In this document: piece by piece, positions 1-5,813 of the stretch | Layout of the letters: each line of letters opens with the position of its first letter | How positions within the stretch are numbered: position 1 is the stretch's first letter | Sequence record: KU686213.1 | Length of the DNA: 64,000 nt | Strand: one strand, 5' to 3' | Notes under the pieces: model-generated | Database searches by the model: none | What the model was told of the DNA's origin: nothing | The model's input: the letters and a program-made list of their open reading frames with translations, nothing else | Program-made: the position numbers and the translations under genes

Positions 1-5
1 CTCAA

Positions 6-320
6 ATGCGCAAGATTGAAATCCAAATGAACCGCGCTGTTCAGTCTGGCACCAATTTCAGCCAAGCTAACACCTCAGTTCATCATCACGAGGGCGTAGC
101 AATTGTCCGCCTACACGGTAGCAAGATCGCTGAGGTAGGCGACGATTTCATCACTCTCTTCGATGGTGGCTTCCAATCCAATACTACCAAGAGCCGCCTC
201 AATGCCTTGATGGCTGAGTTCTGCTCACCCGGTGAGAACGTATTCCAGAAAGCTTACCAGTGGTTCATTCGCGCTAACGGCGTCACCATCCCATTTGAGT
301 CAGGTGTGACACTCCGCTAA
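6..320 (+). CDS. Hypothetical early protein (104 aa) of a type common in cyanophage hypervariable regions
   Basis: Clean ORF; its start context CTCAAATG is identical to the end of the cassette before ORF 1040, suggesting another cassette just upstream of the window. Confidence 0.75.
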   Translation: MRKIEIQMNRAVQSGTNFSQANTSVHHHEGVAIVRLHGSKIAEVGDDFITLFDGGFQSNTTKSRLNALMAEFCSPGENVFQKAYQWFIRANGVTIPFESGVTLR

Positions 321-321
321 A

Positions 322-387
322 CTGGCACACGCTCCCTAGCGGGAGCTCCCCCAGCTGCTACAATTGATTCATACCAAAGGAACCACA
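322..387 (+). promoter_or_regulatory. Early cassette copy 1: TGGCAC box, hairpin GCTCCC-TAGC-GGGAGC, -10 TACAAT (359-364), leader ATTCATACCAAA, RBS
   Basis: Shares GCTGCTACAATTGATTCATACCAAA with copies 2 and 3. Confidence 0.8.
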
Positions 388-957
388 ATGAACACCTTTC
401 TGACCTCCTCATTCCAAAACGTTCGCTCTTCAAAGCGTACTGACGAACTCCACACCGTCTTGCTAGCTGAGGTACTGGAAGCTAACCCCCAGTGGGCAGG
501 CTACGACTGGCAGTTCGAATACCGCCTTCCCGTTGACGGCTTCGGTGGAACCTTTGATATTGATATCGCCGGTTTCGTCAACGGTGAGCTGAAGGTGGCT
601 GTCCTGGCTAAGGCAATGAACTCAAACGTCAATAAGAATATCAAAAACTACGCTAACACCACCATTGGCGAAGCTGCCCGTCTGACCTATGCCCCTGGCT
701 TAGACCTCGAGGCTGTGCTCTTCGTTTCAGTCCTTCCCCGCACTGCCCCCCGCTTCAATAAGGCAGGCGAGGTTGTGGGACTTGACAACGTGCTAAGCGC
801 TAAGGCTCGCACCAACATCGGCAATATCATCGAAGCTCAGTACGGTGGGCTGGTTCAGGTCATCGACCTATTCTTCGATATCGACAATATCTCAGAGATG
901 CTGACCTCTGCCGACTTTCAAACTATCACCGTATCGAACGTCGATAAGGTGAGCTAA
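388..957 (+). CDS. Putative PD-(D/E)XK / restriction-endonuclease-like protein (189 aa from ATG 388)
   Basis: ORF; acidic/lysine pattern E..L..D.FGG.FDIDI...AK; ATG 388 follows the cassette RBS (track start 364 lies inside the promoter). Confidence 0.5.
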   Translation: MNTFLTSSFQNVRSSKRTDELHTVLLAEVLEANPQWAGYDWQFEYRLPVDGFGGTFDIDIAGFVNGELKVAVLAKAMNSNVNKNIKNYANTTIGEAARLTYAPGLDLEAVLFVSVLPRTAPRFNKAGEVVGLDNVLSAKARTNIGNIIEAQYGGLVQVIDLFFDIDNISEMLTSADFQTITVSNVDKVS

Positions 958-1039
958 GCCAATTGAGCCACTGGCACAAGGGAGCGGCACAGCTCCCCCC
1001 AGCTGCTACAATTGATTCATACCAAACAAAGGAACTCAA
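958..1039 (+). promoter_or_regulatory. Early cassette copy 2: GCCA-N10-TGGC palindrome, hairpin GGGAGC-GGCACA-GCTCCC, -10 TACAAT (1007-1012), leader, RBS
   Basis: Direct repeat of copies 1 and 3. Confidence 0.8.
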
Positions 1040-1318
1040 ATGAAAATCTCACTCGATCAGCAAGTCGCTCAACTCGCAGCCGAAGGTCATCAAGAGATTG
1101 CAGTCATCAAACTCCCTAGTCAGGCAACCCGCAAGCGTCGCAAGCCTAGCAAGCGTCGCACTACCTCTACGAATGCGGTCAGCCAAACTGCCTACACTCA
1201 AACCGAGAGCCGCAACCTAGGCAAGATCAATTCAGCCTATGCGCGTCAGCATAGTGCCGATAGGAGGGCAGCAGCTCAACAGCGAGCAGCCGAGCTTAAA
1301 GGTCAGCCAATCTTCTAA
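1040..1318 (+). CDS. Hypothetical basic (Arg/Lys-rich) early protein, 92 aa
   Basis: ORF with RBS AAAGGA from the cassette; RKRRKPSKRR stretch. Confidence 0.75.
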   Translation: MKISLDQQVAQLAAEGHQEIAVIKLPSQATRKRRKPSKRRTTSTNAVSQTAYTQTESRNLGKINSAYARQHSADRRAAAQQRAAELKGQPIF

Positions 1319-1388
1319 GAGGCACAAGGGGGCTAGGCAAGCCCCCACCAGCTGCTACAATTGATTCATACCAAACAAGGAACCCACA
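1306..1388 (+). promoter_or_regulatory. Early cassette copy 3: hairpin GGGGGCT-AGGCA-AGCCCCC, -10 TACAAT (1356-1361), leader, RBS
   Basis: Direct repeat of copies 1 and 2. Confidence 0.8.
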
Positions 1389-1835
1389 ATGGCTACTCTC
1401 AACTATTCACCCGCTCAGCAGACTCAACTCATTGAGTTCTATCAGCAATGGCTGCCTAGAGTCAATGCCTTCGGATACGACAATCTCCCCGACGGTTATC
1501 ACACATACTACCGCCACGGCAAGAAGCTGGCTAAGGCAGCAGCAGCCGCTAAGATAGTCGAAGCTAAAGCAGCGCGTCGTCGTGGCAATCCATACCTCCG
1601 TCCCGAAGTTGAATTTATTGTGCATAGCTACGTTCGGACCGATAGTCCTTCTATCGTTGCCGACGAATTTAAGGCAGCTTTTATCGACTCTCCCCATAGT
1701 CGCGAGAGCGTCCGCTCTTGTGCTGGGCAGCTTCGCTCATTAGACAACCTCTGCCCCGACGATACGGGCTGGACTGTAAAAAGCCTAGTCGCAGAAGTAG
1801 CTAGCGAATTATACCCCGAGCGCTTCGCCGCATGA
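1389..1835 (+). CDS. Hypothetical early protein, 148 aa
   Basis: ORF directly after the cassette RBS. Confidence 0.75.
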   Translation: MATLNYSPAQQTQLIEFYQQWLPRVNAFGYDNLPDGYHTYYRHGKKLAKAAAAAKIVEAKAARRRGNPYLRPEVEFIVHSYVRTDSPSIVADEFKAAFIDSPHSRESVRSCAGQLRSLDNLCPDDTGWTVKSLVAEVASELYPERFAA

Positions 1836-1841
1836 TTCTAT

Positions 1842-1906
1842 CAAGGGGCTAGCCACCTAGCCCCGATCTATGGTACAATTCATTCATACCAAACCAGGAA
1901 CCGACA
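1842..1906 (+). promoter_or_regulatory. Early cassette copy 4: perfect hairpin GGGGCTAG-CCAC-CTAGCCCC, -10 TACAAT (1874-1879), leader, RBS
   Basis: TATGGTACAATTCATTCATACCAAAC-CAGGAACC matches the other copies. Confidence 0.8.
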
Positions 1907-2125
1907 ATGCCTTTCTCACCTGCCTGCCGCCTTTCAGACCAGACCCGTGTATGGGTTGAGCGCTCAATCTATGAAGGGTGCGATTGGCAAATCGAAAAGC
2001 ACTTTGGACCAGCACAAGGGCAAGACGCCCAGACCATTGCCGCTCGCTTCGCTGCTACGTATTCAGAGGAGGGCAAGACGATGAGCCTAGCTAACCCCTG
2101 CAGCGGAATCAGAGCCGAAGATTGA
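1907..2125 (+). CDS. Hypothetical early protein, 72 aa
   Basis: ORF between cassette copies 4 and 5. Confidence 0.7.
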   Translation: MPFSPACRLSDQTRVWVERSIYEGCDWQIEKHFGPAQGQDAQTIAARFAATYSEEGKTMSLANPCSGIRAED

Positions 2126-2195
2126 CCAGCCAAGGGGGTTGACGGATCAGCCCCCTCTATGGTCTACAATTCTTACATACCAAACAAGGGAACCG
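2123..2195 (+). promoter_or_regulatory. Early cassette copy 5: hairpin GGGGGTTGA-CGGA-TCAGCCCCC containing -35 TTGACG (2139-2144), -10 TACAAT (2165-2170), leader, RBS AAGGGA
   Basis: Near-identical to copies 6 and 7. Confidence 0.85.
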
Positions 2196-2339
2196 ATGAA
2201 CGCCAAAATCTACATAGCATCGATGACCATTGGCTTCACGCTCTCCACCCTAGCCATTGTATTTGGGGCTATGTCCTTGGACTTCCAAGAGCCTTCGGCA
2301 GCAACCCCAGTTGCTCAAATCACCTGCCAAGGGGGTTGA
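2196..2339 (+). CDS. Small early membrane protein, 47 aa
   Basis: ATG 2196 after the RBS; hydrophobic N-terminal helix IYIASMTIGFTLSTLAIVFGAM; stop TGA lies inside the TTGAC of the next cassette. Confidence 0.65.
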   Translation: MNAKIYIASMTIGFTLSTLAIVFGAMSLDFQEPSAATPVAQITCQGG

Positions 2340-2390
2340 CGGATCAGCCCTCTATGGTCTACAATTCATTCATACCAAACAAGGGAACCG
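2325..2390 (+). promoter_or_regulatory. Early cassette copy 6: -35 TTGACG (2336-2341), -10 TACAAT (2360-2365), leader, RBS
   Basis: Near-identical to copies 5 and 7. Confidence 0.85.
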
Positions 2391-2597
2391 ATGACGACTC
2401 TTCACTCTATCGAAAATCTCACAGCCGAGCTCGACCGCCTAGAGGGAATCAAGAATCGCCTAGCAGGGCTGATCGTAGACCTTAAGCTCACCAACCCAGA
2501 CTCACTATTCATCGGACTCTATCAGGACCGCCTCAAGTTCAATGTTCTCCCCGCCATCAAACTCACCAAGGGCTACATTCTCAAGACCAGCAACTGA
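2391..2597 (+). CDS. Hypothetical early protein, 68 aa
   Basis: ORF between cassette copies 6 and 7. Confidence 0.7.
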   Translation: MTTLHSIENLTAELDRLEGIKNRLAGLIVDLKLTNPDSLFIGLYQDRLKFNVLPAIKLTKGYILKTSN

Positions 2598-2667
2598 CCA
2601 GCCAAGGGGGTTGACGGATCAGCCCCCTATGGTCTACAATTCATTCATACCAAACAAGGCAACCCAA
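2595..2667 (+). promoter_or_regulatory. Early cassette copy 7: -35 TTGACG (2611-2616), -10 TACAAT (2635-2640), leader, RBS
   Basis: Near-identical to copies 5 and 6. Confidence 0.85.
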
Positions 2668-2760
2668 ATGGACCCCATCTCATTCGCAATCGGTATGGTC
2701 GGCGCAGCTCTGGTCGGTATCGTCAACGCCGAGCTGATCAAAGCAAACAACAAAGATTGA
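2668..2760 (+). CDS. Small hydrophobic early peptide, 30 aa (MDPISFAIGMVGAALVGIVNAELIKANNKD)
   Basis: ATG 2668 after the cassette RBS; one predicted TM helix. Confidence 0.6.
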   Translation: MDPISFAIGMVGAALVGIVNAELIKANNKD

Positions 2761-2800
2761 TCAGCCCAGCTCATCCCACTCAATCAAAACTTTTTTTCAA

Positions 2801-3025
2801 ATGACTCCTTCCATCTTTATCGACACTGAGAACAGCTCAACAGCCGTTGATGCCATCGTGCTCACCCCCCGTAGAGTTCAGTTCGCTTGGGCGTCTGGTT
2901 CCGTCTCCGCTCACACCGTCCGCCTCCGCGATCAAGTGAGATTCTACATCCGCCACTTGATGCTCGATGAGGAGCTGAGCTATGGTGCTTGGTCCAACTG
3001 GGTGCTCGATAATCAAATCCTCTGA
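2801..3025 (+). CDS. Hypothetical early protein, 74 aa
   Basis: ORF; no cassette of its own, probably co-transcribed with 2668-2760. Confidence 0.65.
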   Translation: MTPSIFIDTENSSTAVDAIVLTPRRVQFAWASGSVSAHTVRLRDQVRFYIRHLMLDEELSYGAWSNWVLDNQIL

Positions 3026-3081
3026 CCCCTAGGCATCCTGCCCAATCCGTGCTACAATTCACTCAAGTCAATCAACCGACA
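3024..3081 (+). promoter_or_regulatory. Degenerate early cassette copy 8: -35 TAGGCA (3030-3035), 17-nt spacer, -10 TACAAT (3053-3058)
   Basis: GTGCTACAATTCA similar to the other copies; hairpin weak or absent. Confidence 0.6.
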
Positions 3082-3270
3082 ATGCTCAACATCACAGCCG
3101 ACCAGAATGGAACCATCTCTTGGCAAGAGGCTCTCCGCTTCGTGAATGAGGCAGCAGCTGATCAGCGCAACTTCCTCATCCGTGATTTCTTACAGTCTGC
3201 TTACGCTGGATTGAGAGGAGAGAGAATCGACCTAGGTGAGCTCAACGTCTGGATCACAGAGAACAGCTGA
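3082..3270 (+). CDS. Hypothetical early protein, 62 aa
   Basis: ATG 3082 in context AACCGACAATG, as in copy 4. Confidence 0.65.
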   Translation: MLNITADQNGTISWQEALRFVNEAAADQRNFLIRDFLQSAYAGLRGERIDLGELNVWITENS

Positions 3271-3278
3271 ATCACACA

Positions 3279-3302
3279 GCCTCCCGCAAGGGGGGCTTTT
3301 TT
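3279..3302 (+). terminator. Rho-independent terminator closing the early array
   Basis: GCCTCCC-GCAA-GGGGGGC followed by T6. Confidence 0.85.
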
Positions 3303-3565
3303 AATGCGTGCGTATCGACAGTACTCGTTCGTGATAGGACAGTGCTATCCATTCGTGCGTTGAGGACAGTGGTATGGCGTTGCGATCCATTGGGGGGTGG
3401 CGGCGTTACCTTCGTATATAAAAAGTACCTTCTATCTAAGCTATAAAAGTAAAGATCGACCTATACTTATCGCTATTTAAAAAATTCTCCCAGATATTCT
3501 ATGGACCACAGAGTTGGCTCAGAGTTGTCTCTATATTATACCACACTTCTTAAATATCCCCCCAT

Positions 3566-3600
3566 AAAAAAATCCCCCAGGTATTCAATGCCCCTAGGAG
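3566..3600 (-). terminator. Minus-strand intrinsic terminator
   Basis: On the minus strand CUCCUAGG/CCUGGGGG 8-bp stem (G-U pairs), 11-nt loop, then A-U7. Confidence 0.55.
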
Positions 3601-3708
3601 ATGATTATTATTAACTTGATAACATTCGCTTATCTCTGTGTAATCCCTCTACACAGAAGTATTGCGTATATCTTCAATAAGTACTTAAAGTGTCTTATCA
3701 ACCTCAAC
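3566..3708 (-). ncRNA. Candidate ~140-nt structured sRNA or primer RNA
   Basis: Bounded by a consensus sigma70 promoter and a terminator; stems TCTGTGTA/TACACAGA (3635-3657) and TTGATAA/TTATCAA (3616-3622/3695-3701); no convincing ORF. Confidence 0.45.
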
Positions 3709-3714
3709 AAGGCT
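3678..3714. repeat. 37-bp block, copy A (copy B at 51441-51477, 1 mismatch)
   Basis: TAAGTACTTAAAGTGTCTTATCAACCTC(A/G)ACAAGGCT read directly at both loci. Confidence 0.95.
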
Positions 3715-3743
3715 ATTCTACAAGTATCTCCGTGTGTTGTCAA
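3715..3743 (-). promoter_or_regulatory. Minus-strand sigma70 promoter TTGACA-N17-TAGAAT
   Basis: TGTCAA at 3738-3743, ATTCTA at 3715-3720, 17-nt spacer. Confidence 0.8.
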
Positions 3744-3870
3744 GCCCCCATCAAGAGTATCCCTTTAAGTATCTCAACCATCCCCTGACAAACTGCACAA
3801 GGCTATTTAGAGAGTCATAAAAGAAGTATTTTCATTGAGATGCCGTAGGCACACACCGTAGGTGTGTTAG

Positions 3871-3930
3871 TAGAGATACTTAAAGAACCATAGAGAATCT
3901 TAGAGAAACATAGAGGACCGCAGAGAGCGC
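3871..3930 (+). repeat. Six in-phase decamers, consensus TAGAGAANC(A/T)
   Basis: TAGAGATACT TAAAGAACCA TAGAGAATCT TAGAGAAACA TAGAGGACCG CAGAGAGCGC, exact 10-bp period. Confidence 0.8.
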
Positions 3931-4069
3931 GAAAAATCCCCCTCTCAAGTTATCTCCGAAGAGAGTATTACAGAGAGGGTTATACTATTACTAAGGAATA
4001 CCCATATACTCTACAACTCACTCCGAAGGGTATAGAAGAGCTTAGTGGTCAGGGGGGAAATATGCTGTG

Positions 4070-4077
4070 TATAAATA
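4070..4077 (+). promoter_or_regulatory. T4-type late promoter TATAAATA with no protein gene behind it
   Basis: Exact gp55 consensus. Confidence 0.65.
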
Positions 4078-4081
4078 GAAG

Positions 4082-4232
4082 TGGAATACAAGCCTAGGAG
4101 CGTCTCTAATAGGCTCTCATCCTACGGGGGATAGAGACACTCCGAGTTCCATTGAGGCTCCCCACAAAGGCATTTAGAGTACGTAGAAGAACATATAGTA
4201 ACGTAGAGGTCCATAGAGGTCCTCTTTTTTTA
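4082..4232 (+). ncRNA. Candidate late structured sRNA
   Basis: Late promoter upstream; stem GGAG-C-GTCTCTA/TAGAGAC-A-CTCC (4097-4143); terminator-like GAGGTCC/GGTCCTC plus T7 at 4205-4232. Confidence 0.35.
4175..4223 (+). repeat. Second phased TAGAG array (5 units, 9-10 bp period)
   Basis: TAGAGTACG TAGAAGAACA TATAGTAACG TAGAGGTCCA TAGAGGTCCT. Confidence 0.65.
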
Positions 4233-4283
4233 TGGGCGAACCCTTTTTATGACCCTAGGGGGCAAGCCCCCACAATGAGGACC

Positions 4284-4314
4284 CATAAATACCAATAGAG
4301 AATATTAACTTATT
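4284..4314 (+). promoter_or_regulatory. Late promoter plus leader, repeated before each of the three paralogs (also 5029-5059 and 5783-5813)
   Basis: (C/T)ATAAATAC(C/T)AATAGA(G/A)AATA(T/C)TAACTTATTATG in all three. Confidence 0.85.
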
Positions 4315-5028
4315 ATGGCAGTTAACATAAGCGGTAATGGAGCTATTGAGGGTATTACTTCTTTTAATGGGGAGGATATTGCTTCTTTTAATGAGGGAGG
4401 TCCTACTTTCCGCAATATACTCTTTAATGGTTGGGTGAACACCAGTATTGGAATAAACCAACGTGGCAAAACAATAGCTCAAGTTTCTAATGGGGAATAT
4501 TGGGCTGATAGGTGGCAACGTGTTTCATCCACAACTATGACCCAGAAGGTTGAAGGGGGTAACTATATACCAAATAGGACATATACGTTATCTGGTAATA
4601 ATGTAACAACAACACAAATCACATCCCCTGCTAGTGGAACTTGGGATTGGGGTACTGTGCCCTCCAATGCGTCATTGGTTCAGTTGGAGCTAGGTGATAC
4701 TGCATCTTCTTTTGAATATAGACCCTATGGGTTGGAAGTAATTTTGTGTCAGAGGTATTATGAAGTTGTTGATTGTGAATATGGTACAACCGCAGTACTT
4801 GATGCGGGGAATTCGAATAAAGCTATAAAAAAACCTTGGATATATAAAGTTAGTAAAAGAATTATACCAACCGCTATTGTAACTGCTCAAAGTGGTGCTT
4901 ATTCTACCAATGCTAGTGTGAGTGGAATACGAAGTTCTTTTTGCAATCTCAATTGGCAATGGCAACAGACATCTGGAAATTTTGATAGGACCAAGGCTGC
5001 TGTAGTTAACGTCGATGCCGAACTATAA
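4315..5028 (+). CDS. Putative virion or fibre-tip protein, paralog 1 (237 aa)
   Basis: FRN..NG..INQRG..Y.ADRW and QLE.G..AS.FE.R...LCQRYY motifs of a type common in cyanophage fibre-associated proteins; late promoter. Confidence 0.75.
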   Translation: MAVNISGNGAIEGITSFNGEDIASFNEGGPTFRNILFNGWVNTSIGINQRGKTIAQVSNGEYWADRWQRVSSTTMTQKVEGGNYIPNRTYTLSGNNVTTTQITSPASGTWDWGTVPSNASLVQLELGDTASSFEYRPYGLEVILCQRYYEVVDCEYGTTAVLDAGNSNKAIKKPWIYKVSKRIIPTAIVTAQSGAYSTNASVSGIRSSFCNLNWQWQQTSGNFDRTKAAVVNVDAEL

Positions 5029-5059
5029 TATAAATACTAATAGAAAATATTAACTTATT

Positions 5060-5782
5060 ATGGCAGTTAACATAAGCGGTAATGGAGCTATTGAGGGTAT
5101 TACTTCTTTTAATGGGGGCGGACTTACCTTTCGTAATATACTCTATAATGGGTGGGTAAACACCAGTAATGAAATAAACCAACGTGGCAAAACAATATCC
5201 GAGGTTTCTGATGGAGACTATTGGGCTGATAGGTGGCAACGTGTTTCCTCTACGACAATGACCCAAAAAGTTGAAGAGGGTAACTATATACCAAATAGGA
5301 CATATACGTTATCTGGTAATAATGTAACAACAGTGCAGGTAACATCACCTGCCAGTGGAACTTGGAATTGGGGAACTGTTCCCTCCAATGCTTCATTGGT
5401 TCAGTTAGAGTTGGGTGATACTCCATCTGCTTTTGAATATAGACCCAAGGGGTTAGAGTTGGGTTTGTGTCAGAGGTACTATCAAAATCTCAATGTTAGA
5501 ATGTTGTTAGATCAGGTGAATTATTTATTTTCTTCTCGCAATTCTTATGTTAATCCAATGCGAACTGCACCATCAGTAGGTTTTACAGGTAAGTTAAAGT
5601 GGGATGATTTAATTACCGGGCAGTTAAGTTCTTCTGGATTTGATTCGGATAATGTTAATGTTTCATCTAAGGTGATTCGGGCAACACAATTTTACGTTTA
5701 TGTTGCGTTGTCGGGGGTTCAGCCGAATGTCTTTAAAAGGTATCAATTTGAAGAGGCTATTAGCCTTGATGCCGAACTATAA
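5060..5782 (+). CDS. Putative virion or fibre-tip protein, paralog 2 (240 aa)
   Basis: Same N-terminal ~140 aa as paralog 1, divergent C-terminus, ends DAEL. Confidence 0.75.
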   Translation: MAVNISGNGAIEGITSFNGGGLTFRNILYNGWVNTSNEINQRGKTISEVSDGDYWADRWQRVSSTTMTQKVEEGNYIPNRTYTLSGNNVTTVQVTSPASGTWNWGTVPSNASLVQLELGDTPSAFEYRPKGLELGLCQRYYQNLNVRMLLDQVNYLFSSRNSYVNPMRTAPSVGFTGKLKWDDLITGQLSSSGFDSDNVNVSSKVIRATQFYVYVALSGVQPNVFKRYQFEEAISLDAEL

Positions 5783-5813
5783 TATAAATACCAATAGAGA
5801 ATACTAACTTATT

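Noticed and set aside
2139-2760. Track ORFs 2139-2339, 2159-2485 and 2542-2760 at full length
   Set aside because: They read through the repeated promoter cassettes (hence the repeated TDQP..VYNS peptide); the plausible starts are the ATGs after each RBS (2196, 2391, 2668).
322-3081. CRISPR array or integron attC array interpretation of the early repeats
   Set aside because: The spacers are 140-600 bp, unequal and protein-coding; the repeats contain promoter and RBS elements; there is no RYYYAAC/GTTRRRY core, and no cas or integrase gene in the window.
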